A stretch of DNA of 64,000 nucleotides from Paludibacteraceae bacterium. GTDB lineage: Bacteria > Bacteroidota > Bacteroidia > Bacteroidales > Paludibacteraceae. The notes under the pieces are model-generated. The model saw only the letters and a list, made by a program, of their open reading frames with translations. It was not told where the DNA came from and made no database searches. The translations under genes and the position numbers were made by a program. How positions within the stretch are numbered: position 1 is the first letter of the stretch; each line of letters begins with the position of its first letter. Below are positions 9,647-19,473 of the stretch, piece after piece. The DNA lies in NCBI GenBank assembly GCA_016286205.1, contig JAEESF010000009.1:15314-79313 (forward strand), written 5' to 3'.

Positions 9647-10397
9647 GTTCGAGCCAATCAGTTTGGCCGAGATGGAAAGCGTGAAGCTGATGAACCGCAT
9701 TGATACCAAATATGCGGTGTCATTGCCTATGCTGCCCGCTATTCTGCAAGCCGCACAAACCGATTACTTTGCGCAAGAGATCGACGGAAAGCGAATTGCG
9801 ACATACGACACCATGTACTACGACACCGATACACTGGATATGTACATGCGTCATCATGACCGACAACTGGTTAGACAGAAAATACGCGTACGACAATATG
9901 TAGATAGCGGACTGACATTCTTGGAAATCAAGCGAAAAAACAACAAAGGGCGGACCAAGAAGAAACGCATAGAAGTTCCGAATACCCAACTAACGGCCGA
10001 TACTATCGGTCACGGCAAAGAAGATGTAAGAATTGCCGATTTCATCGAACAAAAAAGCCATTACTCCTGGGACACGATTTCCCCACATCTGCGGACGGAC
10101 TTTAAGCGAATTACGCTAGTCAATCGGCAGAAGACCGAACGACTGACTATAGACATGAATCTGGTATGGCACAATGTGCTGAGCCACGAAGATAAAAGTT
10201 ACAAGGACCTGGTTATCATCGAACTAAAACGAGATGGAAACAGTCCATCGCAGATGACCAAAATAATGCGCGATCAGCATGTTTATCCGCTGAAAATCAG
10301 CAAATACTGTATCGGAACGGCGCTAACGACACCGAACCTAAAGCGCAATAGATTTAAGGAAAAAATTCGTCGTATTGAACGATTGTTAGATAATTAA
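9621..10397 (+). CDS. VTC-domain protein (polyphosphate-polymerase-like catalytic tunnel domain)
   Basis: 258 aa with MNRIDTKYAV, RQKIRVRQY, FLEIKRKNNKGRTKKKR and VIIELKRDG. This is the basic-residue pattern of the VTC/CYTH-like tunnel fold. The start could instead be the internal MESVKLMNRIDTKY. Confidence 0.7.
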   Translation: MNISSLISKFEPISLAEMESVKLMNRIDTKYAVSLPMLPAILQAAQTDYFAQEIDGKRIATYDTMYYDTDTLDMYMRHHDRQLVRQKIRVRQYVDSGLTFLEIKRKNNKGRTKKKRIEVPNTQLTADTIGHGKEDVRIADFIEQKSHYSWDTISPHLRTDFKRITLVNRQKTERLTIDMNLVWHNVLSHEDKSYKDLVIIELKRDGNSPSQMTKIMRDQHVYPLKISKYCIGTALTTPNLKRNRFKEKIRRIERLLDN

Positions 10398-10413
10398 GAA
10401 AAAATATAGAATT

Positions 10414-11169
10414 ATGTTAATGCAAGTAGATCTAGCCAACCCAACGTTGGAATTTTTGGAGGACGATCCGTCTATCGCTGCACGTTTTGGCACAAGTGAT
10501 AGTATCTCGTATGTGATGCATTCGATCGCCGAGTGTTTACACGTCAGCGAGGATCTCATTACCATGCCACTGATGTTCCTTTTCAACCTATTAGTAACGT
10601 GGGTAATAGTATATTGCATATACTATCGCTTCTGCCGCAGACGCGATTATTACGTCACCTACATGCTCTTCTCGAGCGCTATGTTCTTGCTGCTATGGTT
10701 GATGCAAATTCTGGATATTCAGACCGGATTTGTGTTGGGTCTATTTGCTATATTTGGCATGATTAGATATCGCACAGAGACAGTTCCTATCCGCGAAATG
10801 AACTACATGTTCATCATTATTGCTGTTTCGGTAATCAATTCGCTGAGTCTAAAAGCCGATGGACTGGCATGGTATCTGCTGCTTATCGCCAATGCGCTAA
10901 TCATTCTGCTTGCGCTCGGCTTTGAGTTGTGGAATAATCGCAAGCGTTTGTCTAAGAAAATCATTCTCTACGAGAAGATTGAGAATATCCGCCCAGACCG
11001 CCGCAAAGAACTGATTGCGGATCTGGAAGAGAGAACCGGACTCAAGATAATTGACGTAGAAATAGGTCATATTGATTTCCTGCGCGATGTGGCATATATC
11101 AATATAACTTATTTGTTGGAACCGGGGAAAATTGTGAATAGTATAGACCAAATAACAAAGTTTAGATGA
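10414..11169 (+). CDS. DUF4956-like integral membrane protein
   Basis: 251 aa with about 4 hydrophobic segments followed by a charged cytoplasmic tail. It sits directly downstream of a VTC gene, the usual pairing for this family (recollection). Confidence 0.6.
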   Translation: MLMQVDLANPTLEFLEDDPSIAARFGTSDSISYVMHSIAECLHVSEDLITMPLMFLFNLLVTWVIVYCIYYRFCRRRDYYVTYMLFSSAMFLLLWLMQILDIQTGFVLGLFAIFGMIRYRTETVPIREMNYMFIIIAVSVINSLSLKADGLAWYLLLIANALIILLALGFELWNNRKRLSKKIILYEKIENIRPDRRKELIADLEERTGLKIIDVEIGHIDFLRDVAYINITYLLEPGKIVNSIDQITKFR

Positions 11170-12020
11170 TAGACAACTTTGCTAGAAATATAAGAACCAG
11201 CTTGCTCTGTATCGTAGTTCTGGTTTCGCCTAGCGCGATGGCCTGGGACTATTTCTCTACCGGTGAGACCACGGAGCAACAGGTCCAGATGCGAGTAGGA
11301 GCCGAGTTCACCAAGAAATGGAATTGCGGCGTTCATCTCCATCTGGCGGAAGAAGCGCGTTTCAGTCTCTATGACCAGGAAACGGGAATGTCGGCTAAAC
11401 GTGAGGCGGTAGATACAACGTACGCACCTTCGTTCAATCGCTCGTACACTACTCTATCGCTCTCGTACACACCCATCGAATATTTTAAGATTGATGCGGG
11501 TTACACATTGCGTGTTCTGGGAAGAAAAGGTTGGGATGATCCGAACGAATATTTGCGACACCGCGTTTTCTTTAGTGTTAGCGGAATCTACCACATCGAT
11601 TTTGTCAAACTCTACATACGCGAGCGAGCATTATGCGACATTCGTACAGATAGCGTGAATCCTGATGAGAAGAATCAGTATAACTGGCTTCTGCGTAGTC
11701 GTTTAGGATCCGAGTTCTCTGTACCAGGCAAACCAGTCAAACCTTATTTGTGGGTGGAACTGGAAAATACGCTCAATGCGCCTGAATTTCAACAGAAAGA
11801 TGGTCAGCAATTTATTAGCACTGTGCGTACACAAGCGGGTGTCAAGTGGCGCGTCAGTAGGTTAAGCAGCTTAGATTTCTACTACCGGTTCCAATATGGC
11901 TACGACCGAGACATTAATGTCAATGGTGGATACTATCGCGGCAAGGAACTAAAGATGAGGCTGGACGAACAGAAATCGTTCATCCACGCCATCGGCATTG
12001 TATATCATTTGGATTGGTAA
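11166..12020 (+). CDS. Predicted outer-membrane beta-barrel protein (DUF2490-like)
   Basis: 284 aa with an N-terminal signal-like segment, alternating amphipathic strands, and a C-terminus IVYHLDW ending in an aromatic residue. The start overlaps the previous stop by 4 nt. Confidence 0.5.
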   Translation: MIDNFARNIRTSLLCIVVLVSPSAMAWDYFSTGETTEQQVQMRVGAEFTKKWNCGVHLHLAEEARFSLYDQETGMSAKREAVDTTYAPSFNRSYTTLSLSYTPIEYFKIDAGYTLRVLGRKGWDDPNEYLRHRVFFSVSGIYHIDFVKLYIRERALCDIRTDSVNPDEKNQYNWLLRSRLGSEFSVPGKPVKPYLWVELENTLNAPEFQQKDGQQFISTVRTQAGVKWRVSRLSSLDFYYRFQYGYDRDINVNGGYYRGKELKMRLDEQKSFIHAIGIVYHLDW

Positions 12021-12023
12021 GAA

Positions 12024-14300
12024 TTACAGCTTTAGTGCCAACCCTACGAAATACGAACGAGGTATAGTAGGTCCGTAGATATAATTGGCGTCACGAAATT
12101 CTCCTTGATCATTATCACGCTGATATTGGTCAAGGATATTTTTTACGCCGCAACTTATCTCCAGGCAATAATGCTTGTACAGATGAACATCATATGCCAA
12201 ACGGATACCGAGATCCCAGAAAGAAGGAGTTAGAGTCTCTTCATCCTGCGCAACATAGCCTGCCAAGTGAGGAACAAGCATCGAGCCCGTTACTTTTCCA
12301 TTGATAGAGATTGTGAAATCCTGAATCGGTTGGATATCGATCAGCACATAACCATAGTTGTCCGGTGTGTGCAACATTCGCGTCTGAGGAGCCACATCCG
12401 CACTCCACTGTTGAGCAACCGTGTAGCGACTTTGCTGATAGGTATATCCTGCAGACAGGCTGAAAGAGAACGGAGCACGGTAATAACTGACCTTACCTTC
12501 CAGGTTCAGTCCTCCGACCCACGCTCCCTGCGCATTAGTGCGGGTAAAGAGTAGATTGCCTGAGGCATCCTTACCATCCTCGCGCAAGAAGAAAACATCC
12601 TGCAGATATGTGTAGAATCCTTCTGCCGTTAGGTTTAGCTCCCAACGCCCAAACTGCCTATACCAATCTGCACTTAGCGTTGCACTATGAGAATATTCGG
12701 GTTTGAGATTCGGATCTAGCGAAATGAGTGAAACATTGCCACCAACGGCAGCCACATGCAGATCCTCGTCATAAGCTTGCGGAGCACGATAACCGCTACT
12801 ATATCCCGCGCGGAATACCAAGCCATCGATAGGAGTATAACGGAATGTAGCACGAGGTGTACATACAGGCTTTGTCAACAGGTTATGTTTCTCCAAACGT
12901 GCGCCAATCAATACACTCCACTTGTCTGTCTTCCATTCATTCTGCGCATAGGCACCTACCACATGCACATTCTGAGTTATGTCGCGCTGATAGCCCAACA
13001 TCCGGTCGTGCAAACCATTGAAGGTATATTCTGCGCCTACGGTCAAATCGCCATTCGCCAATCCGCAAGGATAGGAAAAACGATATTGCAGACCCGTATT
13101 GGATGTTAAATCTGTACTACGTCCATACGCGGCAGTGTCACGTCCCGCACCAAAATAACTCTCCCGGCTAATATGCTGAATAGCGGAATAAGCAGAAACA
13201 AAATGATTATTATCGACTGAGAACCAATCGAACGCTACAGATCCAGCATCGATGTTATGGCGTAATTGCTCCGCTATATCTGCCTCAAAGGGTTCGTAAT
13301 CCAGACGGTTGCCTCCGCGACGATAATCTGTAGTATGGTGGTACTCCGCCGTAATCTTGCTATACGCACTTGTTTTGAAGAACACACGTGTCCCTGCCGT
13401 TGTGGCACGTAGGCGAGGAACTTCGCTATAACCATCGTTATCGCGATCGTAGGCACTGCGCGTGCGATGACAAGCAAAGAGGTAAGCGCCTATCTTACGA
13501 TTCTCGCTCATAACGGACGCATTTAGGTCCGTATGGATATCATACCCAATATGCTCGTTCAATTGGCTAATATTGGATATATTGACAAAATTTCGCACCG
13601 GTTCTTTGGTTATGATATTGACCACACCTGCAATGGCATTCGCGCCATACATAGCCGATCCACCACCGCGCACTACTTCTATACGGTCAATCATGGCCGA
13701 TGGAACTTGCTCAAGACCATAGACCGCCGCCATAGAAGAGAATACGGGGCGTGAATCCATCAATATCTGCGTGTATTGACCTTGTAAGCCATTGATGCGC
13801 AAATCCGTCTTTCCACAATTGGAGCATGTATTCTCCACACGTAAACCAGGTTGAAAACTTAGGACGTCGGCTACGCAACTAACAGCCGCTGTCTCGAATA
13901 GTTGAGGCGACAACACATTGACGATGGTAGCTGCCTCTTGGCGCTTGGTAGCATATCGGTTGGCTGTTACAACCACACTATTCAACTGTTGCGACACTTC
14001 GCTAATAGTAGCCTTCAGTTCGATTGTTTTTCCTTCCACCATCGTTACAGGCAGTTCTACTGTCTGATAGCCAACATAACTAAAAACGATAGTCTGATTG
14101 CCAATGGGCAAATCCTTTAGAAAATAGTGACCGGACTCATCCGTTACGGTTCCGATATTGGTTCCCTTGACCTGCACATTCACAAATGGCAAGTGTTCGC
14201 CGGTCTTTTCATCTAACACATGTCCTGTCAAATGCGCATCATATTGCGCAAAGAGAGGCAACCCCACACACAAAAATAAATAAACTAATACCTTTTTCAT
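12024..14300 (-). CDS. TonB-dependent receptor with N-terminal carboxypeptidase-regulatory-like domain
   Basis: 758 aa with a signal peptide, GHVLDEKTGEHLPFVNVQVKGTNIGTVTDESGHYFL (CarboxypepD_reg), a plug region (IDRIEVVRGGGSAMYGANAIAGVVNIITK) and a long beta-barrel. Confidence 0.85.
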   Translation of the reverse strand: MKKVLVYLFLCVGLPLFAQYDAHLTGHVLDEKTGEHLPFVNVQVKGTNIGTVTDESGHYFLKDLPIGNQTIVFSYVGYQTVELPVTMVEGKTIELKATISEVSQQLNSVVVTANRYATKRQEAATIVNVLSPQLFETAAVSCVADVLSFQPGLRVENTCSNCGKTDLRINGLQGQYTQILMDSRPVFSSMAAVYGLEQVPSAMIDRIEVVRGGGSAMYGANAIAGVVNIITKEPVRNFVNISNISQLNEHIGYDIHTDLNASVMSENRKIGAYLFACHRTRSAYDRDNDGYSEVPRLRATTAGTRVFFKTSAYSKITAEYHHTTDYRRGGNRLDYEPFEADIAEQLRHNIDAGSVAFDWFSVDNNHFVSAYSAIQHISRESYFGAGRDTAAYGRSTDLTSNTGLQYRFSYPCGLANGDLTVGAEYTFNGLHDRMLGYQRDITQNVHVVGAYAQNEWKTDKWSVLIGARLEKHNLLTKPVCTPRATFRYTPIDGLVFRAGYSSGYRAPQAYDEDLHVAAVGGNVSLISLDPNLKPEYSHSATLSADWYRQFGRWELNLTAEGFYTYLQDVFFLREDGKDASGNLLFTRTNAQGAWVGGLNLEGKVSYYRAPFSFSLSAGYTYQQSRYTVAQQWSADVAPQTRMLHTPDNYGYVLIDIQPIQDFTISINGKVTGSMLVPHLAGYVAQDEETLTPSFWDLGIRLAYDVHLYKHYCLEISCGVKNILDQYQRDNDQGEFRDANYIYGPTIPRSYFVGLALKL

Positions 14301-16682
14301 TTAATCTTTTTTCTCTAAATCATAGCGGAACCCGAGATAAATCTTCCAACCTGTAATAGGTCCCCAAGCCATAGAGGCATCAAAATCAGTTCCGTATGGA
14401 TCGTCCGCACCAATAATCGGATCGCTTATCTTGAAATTGGTCATATTCTCCGCACCCAGATAGAGACTGCAGGTTCGGAAATATTTGGTTATCTGCGCCA
14501 TCAGTTGAGGATACCACGTCAGTGTTTTAGGCGTGCCGTAACCGCCATTCAGATCACCCATAGGCATAAATCCGTCAGGCAAACGGCTAATTCCGTTAAA
14601 CTGAGCCGTGAGATCGAACTGCCATTTCTTGAGAGGCGTTTGGTAACTGGTGGTGATAACTCCCTTAAATCGATTGGTCAGTGGTTTTATGCGCAATCTA
14701 GCTACTCCACTCGCGTCTATAGTGGTCTGCTCTACATCTGTCCAACGGAATGCCACTGTCCACGTCCATCCACGCAACACTTCCATCGATGCCTCCACTT
14801 GTGCGCTATGTGCAAACGAGCGACCACCGATGTCTGTCTGGTTGTAGATATGTACTTCATGCGGATCTTGATCCAGATCAACAATGAGCGAGTTGAAGAA
14901 ATGCGTATAGTAGTATTCGGCAGACAATTGCAACTGTTTGCCTCCCATCGGGATATAGAATGTCGTAGAAATTCCACTATTGAGCGCACGTTCTTGCTTA
15001 ATATCATCTGCCAAAGTCAGTATTCGACTGGAAGGCAGGACAAATGCATTGTCAGCGATAGCATTAGGCGAACGATATCCCAAACCTACACTAGCGCGTA
15101 GTGTCCACCAATCGAATGGCGAATAACGGACATTAGCTCGCGGTGTAAAGAAGAAACCATAGCGAGTGGAATAATCAGCGCGTACACCGGCTACAAGCGA
15201 CAGAATATCCGCGTATTTGTAGCTATACTCGGCAAAGATTCCTGGGGTCACTTCGTAACGATTAAGGTCGATAGACGGAAGTGGCGAGGAAATAGTAGAG
15301 AGATTTAGGCTCTCGTCGTATTTATCGAAATTGACTGACACACCCGCACTGAGACGATGGTCATTGTCAATAAGTCCACCGCCTTCCCAATTCCTCTGCC
15401 ATATACCATTGAGATAAGCATTGAGTTGGGCTGCCTGCCAATCGCGCGGACCATACCGATTATGCTGATTATGATAGCTGACAGCCGTGATGAGCGCCAC
15501 AGAAGAGCCACTCTCATCGTCATAGACATAGCCGTTTTTCAAGAAACCTTCCACGCGCCAAGTATTGAGATCTATCACATAAGGATTGCTCAGCGTATCC
15601 GGGATCTGCCCTCCCCGACGATGGTCATAGAGGCCGCGCACAAAAGCCTGGAAGGTGTAATCTCCGTGCGTATAGAACCAACGATTGACCAAGTTGGCAT
15701 TCTGAGAAGTAGGCATGTCAGCAAATCCATCGTGGTTGTCGTCCATCGACATGAAACCTTGCTGATAGTGCGCCAATAGCCCTGTGTAGAGCGACTGATG
15801 ATGACAATGCTCGTCGTGTTCATGCTCATGTTCATGCTCAGACTCTTCTTTGAGCGGAATCTGCCAACCACCCATAATGTTCGCTTCCGCATGCAATTCG
15901 CTATTGAGCATCAGATTGATAGAAAGCGGATTCTGAGTCTGCGGTTTTAGTAGTTCGACATTAATCTGACCGGTTGTAGCCTCATAGCCATTAATCACCG
16001 ATGATGTTCCTTTACTAACCTGAATACTACTCATCCACGGCCCGGGAATATACTCCATTCCAAATGATTGCGCGAGTCCGCGCACGGCAGGAGTGTTCTC
16101 CTGAAGAAGTTGCACATAGGTTCCGCTCAGTCCAAGCAAACGAATCTGTTTGGCCCCAGTGGCAGCATCCGAATATGCGACATCGACAGAAGCATTCGTC
16201 TCAAATGCCTCGCTAAGATTGCAGCAAGCGGCTCGGCAAAGTTCCTCCGTACCAATAGTCTGTGTATCGAATGCTGAAGTACGGCTACGAAGTACGCCCA
16301 ATTTGCGCTCGGTAATCGTGACCTCATCCAAAATAGCCTCTTCTACCAGAACGATGGTTAGCGGTTGACGATTGAGAACCGTGGTTGTATCATTATGGAA
16401 ACCTACATAACTGACCACCAAACGATTGGTCGATTTGACAGGCATCAACGTAAACGAGCCATCGAAATCGGTTGCAACGCCTTGAGTAGTGCCCGCCCAA
16501 TAGACGTTAGCGCCAATGAGCGCCTCGCCATGGTCGTCCAAAACTACGCCGCTAATCTGCGCACTAAGAGGCATAAAAAACAGTATAGCAGCCAATATGT
16601 AGAGTATTCTCTTCAAAATCGGCTGCAAAATTACTGCTTTCGCGCGACGTGCGCAATACCTAAAAGTAGGTAAATTGATCAT
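14301..16682 (-). CDS. TonB-dependent receptor with His-rich loop (possible metal, Zn-type, uptake receptor)
   Basis: 793 aa with CarboxypepD_reg (GVVLDDHGEALIGANVYWAGTTQGVATDFDGSFTL), plug (IQVSKGTSSVINGYEATTGQINVEL) and the tract KEESEHEHEHEHDEHCHHQ. Its stop abuts the next receptor's start. Confidence 0.8.
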   Translation of the reverse strand: MINLPTFRYCARRAKAVILQPILKRILYILAAILFFMPLSAQISGVVLDDHGEALIGANVYWAGTTQGVATDFDGSFTLMPVKSTNRLVVSYVGFHNDTTTVLNRQPLTIVLVEEAILDEVTITERKLGVLRSRTSAFDTQTIGTEELCRAACCNLSEAFETNASVDVAYSDAATGAKQIRLLGLSGTYVQLLQENTPAVRGLAQSFGMEYIPGPWMSSIQVSKGTSSVINGYEATTGQINVELLKPQTQNPLSINLMLNSELHAEANIMGGWQIPLKEESEHEHEHEHDEHCHHQSLYTGLLAHYQQGFMSMDDNHDGFADMPTSQNANLVNRWFYTHGDYTFQAFVRGLYDHRRGGQIPDTLSNPYVIDLNTWRVEGFLKNGYVYDDESGSSVALITAVSYHNQHNRYGPRDWQAAQLNAYLNGIWQRNWEGGGLIDNDHRLSAGVSVNFDKYDESLNLSTISSPLPSIDLNRYEVTPGIFAEYSYKYADILSLVAGVRADYSTRYGFFFTPRANVRYSPFDWWTLRASVGLGYRSPNAIADNAFVLPSSRILTLADDIKQERALNSGISTTFYIPMGGKQLQLSAEYYYTHFFNSLIVDLDQDPHEVHIYNQTDIGGRSFAHSAQVEASMEVLRGWTWTVAFRWTDVEQTTIDASGVARLRIKPLTNRFKGVITTSYQTPLKKWQFDLTAQFNGISRLPDGFMPMGDLNGGYGTPKTLTWYPQLMAQITKYFRTCSLYLGAENMTNFKISDPIIGADDPYGTDFDASMAWGPITGWKIYLGFRYDLEKKD

Positions 16683-17872
16683 TTCTGTCCTTTGTAAGCC
16701 TCCAATGCCTTACGAAGAACTATCATTGCCTTGGCCAGGTCTTCCTTGTTGAGGACATAGGCCATACGAACTTGATGACGACCGTCCTCGGGATTGGTAT
16801 AGAAACCTGTTCCCGGAGCCATCATAACCGTTGCTCCTTCGTATGTAAAATCAGTTAGACACCACTTGCAGAACTTCTCTACGTCGTCCACCGGCAAAGA
16901 AACCATAACATAGAATGCACCCGTAGGTGCAGGAGCAAATACACCAGGTATTTGGTTGAGTTGATCAATCAAGAAATTACGACGAGTAAGATATTCATCA
17001 TATACCTCTTGCATGTATTCCTCAGGTGTAGAGAGTGATGCTTCGGCAACAATCTGACCAAACAAAGGAGGACTGAGACGTGCTTGGCAGAACTTCATCA
17101 CTGATTCACGAACGGCCTTATTCTTGGTAATAAGCGCACCTATGCGGATACCACATTCGCTATAACGCTTAGACACACTATCGACCAATACCACGTTTTG
17201 CTCAATGCCCTCAAGGTGGCAAGCAGATATATATGGCGACTTCGTGTAGATAAATTCACGATAGACCTCATCAGAGATGAGGTAAAGATCGTATTTCTTG
17301 ACTAAGTCACGTATCTGTCGCATCTCCTGTTTGGTGTATAGATATCCCGTAGGATTATTCGGGTTACAGATGAGGATGGCTCGTGTCTTTGGTGTAATCT
17401 GCTTCTCAAATTCTTCAACCGGAGGCAACTTAAATCCATTCTCTATATGTGTTTTGACAGACTTGACCACTGCGCCGGCAGAAATAGCGAACGCCATATA
17501 GTTGGCGTACGAGGGGTCTGTTACAATAATCTCATCGCCCGGATTAAGGCAACTCATATACGCAAACATAATGGCCTCAGAACCGCCAGCAGTAATAATA
17601 ATTTCATCCGGAGAAAGGTCGATACCATAGTTAGCATAGTAACTTACCATCTTGGTTCTCAGCGACTTAAGACCTTGAGAAGGGGAGTATTCCAAAATCT
17701 CCTGGTCGAAATTCTTCACCGCCTCCATAGCTTGTGGAGGAGTTTTAATATCCGGTTGACCAATATTGAGATGGTAGACATGTACACCCGCCAATTTGGC
17801 TTCGTCGGCATACTTGGCTAACTTGCGGATTGGGCTTTCCGGCATTGATTGAGCACGAAGAGAGATTTCCAT
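16679..17872 (-). CDS. Pyridoxal-phosphate-dependent aminotransferase, class I/II (aspartate/alanine aminotransferase-like)
   Basis: 397 aa with NPNNPTG and SVSKRYSECGIRIGAL (PLP lysine context). It has a 4-nt overlap with the downstream receptor ORF. Confidence 0.85.
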   Translation of the reverse strand: MEISLRAQSMPESPIRKLAKYADEAKLAGVHVYHLNIGQPDIKTPPQAMEAVKNFDQEILEYSPSQGLKSLRTKMVSYYANYGIDLSPDEIIITAGGSEAIMFAYMSCLNPGDEIIVTDPSYANYMAFAISAGAVVKSVKTHIENGFKLPPVEEFEKQITPKTRAILICNPNNPTGYLYTKQEMRQIRDLVKKYDLYLISDEVYREFIYTKSPYISACHLEGIEQNVVLVDSVSKRYSECGIRIGALITKNKAVRESVMKFCQARLSPPLFGQIVAEASLSTPEEYMQEVYDEYLTRRNFLIDQLNQIPGVFAPAPTGAFYVMVSLPVDDVEKFCKWCLTDFTYEGATVMMAPGTGFYTNPEDGRHQVRMAYVLNKEDLAKAMIVLRKALEAYKGQK

Positions 17873-17905
17873 ATAATATAAATTTGATAATTCGTGTATA
17901 GTTTA

Positions 17906-19462
17906 TTATCCTGCCCATGTGCTCTTGTCTAAAGCACGATAGGAGATAGCTTCCAACAGATGTTGTTTCTGGATATCTGCCGATCCTTCGATATCGGCAA
18001 TAGTTCTAGCCACCTTGATAATGCGGTCGTAGGCTCGAGCAGAAAGACCTAACTTGGTCATCGTGAACTGCAACAACCGGTCGCACTCGTCATTAAGCGG
18101 ACAGAACTGGCGCACCATCTTAGAAGTCATCATTGCATTGGAGTGAATCAACGGATGCGCAGCAAAGCGAACTTGCTGAATAGAGCGAGCACGAAGCACT
18201 CGTTCGCGCATAACAGCAGATGATTCGGATGGCTGAGTATCGCGTAACTGCTCGTACGGCACCGCTTCGATCTCACACTGGATGTCTATGCGGTCAAGTA
18301 ACGGACCACTGATACGACTCAAATATCGATGAATCTGCGCGGGCGTACAAGTACAAGGATGCGCGGGGTTGTTCTCTCCATAATGGCCACACGGGCACGG
18401 GTTCATAGCAGCCACGAGCATAAAGGAAGCCGGGTAATCAACTGTGCTCTTGGTTCGTGTAACCGTAATATGACGATCTTCCAGGGGTTGCCGCATCACT
18501 TCGAGCGTCGTGCGTTTGTATTCAGGAAGTTCGTCCAGAAAGAGCACTCCATTGTGTGCAAGACTAATTTCTCCCGGGTGTGGATTAGTTCCGCCACCGA
18601 CTAGCGCCACATCTGTAACTGTATGATGAGGACTACGGAAGGGGCGCTGAACAATCAAGGCACTTTGCGCACCTTTGCGTTTGCTGAGCAAACCCGCTAC
18701 CGAGTGGATTTTTGTGGTTTCCAACGCTTCTTCCAACGACAAAGGAGGCAGAATGGATGGCAGACGTTTTGCCATCATGGATTTTCCTGCTCCAGGAGGA
18801 CCTACCATCAGCATATTATGACCTCCCGCAGCGGCTATCTCCATAGCTCGGCGCACTTTGTACTGGCCACGTACGTCCGAGAAATCCATATCAGAAGGAT
18901 AAGCCGATTCTGCAAACAGAGCCTGAATATCTACGTGAGTTGGTTCAAACTGTATATCGCCATTCAGGAAGCGTGTTACATCCAATATATTGTTCAGTCC
19001 ATATACCTCCAATCCATCTGCTACGGCGGCTTCGCAAGCATTTGCTTCGGGAAGGATCAATCCCTTGAAACCTTCTTGGCGTGCACAAAGTGCAATAGGG
19101 AGTGCTCCGCGAATAGGCATAAGAGAACCATCCAGAGACAATTCGCCTGCAATCATAAAATCTTTTAGATTTTTTGTTTTTACCTGTTCGCACCCGGCCA
19201 ACATACCAATAGCCAAAGGCAAGTCGAATGCCGCACCTTCCTTCTTAATATCTGCGGGGGCAAGATTGATCGTAAAATCGCGATGAGGCATTTCATAACC
19301 ATTCACCGTTAGCGCAGCCATGATACGATCATGCGACTCTTTGACAGCATTATCCGGCAATCCCACCAACGTGAAATCGTAGCCAGGAACTGCATGCACC
19401 TCAACGGTTACAGGCACCGCATCAATACCTACAGGGGAAGCACTATGGATTTTGATTAGCAT
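17906..19462 (-). CDS. YifB/ComM family Mg-chelatase-like AAA ATPase
   Basis: 518 aa with an N-terminal Lon-like domain (MLIKIHSASPVGIDAVPVTVEVH), Walker A GPPGAGKSM, VLFLDELPE Walker B and a Cys-rich CPCGHYG insert. Confidence 0.9.
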   Translation of the reverse strand: MLIKIHSASPVGIDAVPVTVEVHAVPGYDFTLVGLPDNAVKESHDRIMAALTVNGYEMPHRDFTINLAPADIKKEGAAFDLPLAIGMLAGCEQVKTKNLKDFMIAGELSLDGSLMPIRGALPIALCARQEGFKGLILPEANACEAAVADGLEVYGLNNILDVTRFLNGDIQFEPTHVDIQALFAESAYPSDMDFSDVRGQYKVRRAMEIAAAGGHNMLMVGPPGAGKSMMAKRLPSILPPLSLEEALETTKIHSVAGLLSKRKGAQSALIVQRPFRSPHHTVTDVALVGGGTNPHPGEISLAHNGVLFLDELPEYKRTTLEVMRQPLEDRHITVTRTKSTVDYPASFMLVAAMNPCPCGHYGENNPAHPCTCTPAQIHRYLSRISGPLLDRIDIQCEIEAVPYEQLRDTQPSESSAVMRERVLRARSIQQVRFAAHPLIHSNAMMTSKMVRQFCPLNDECDRLLQFTMTKLGLSARAYDRIIKVARTIADIEGSADIQKQHLLEAISYRALDKSTWAG

Positions 19463-19473
19463 ATTTGTTAAAT

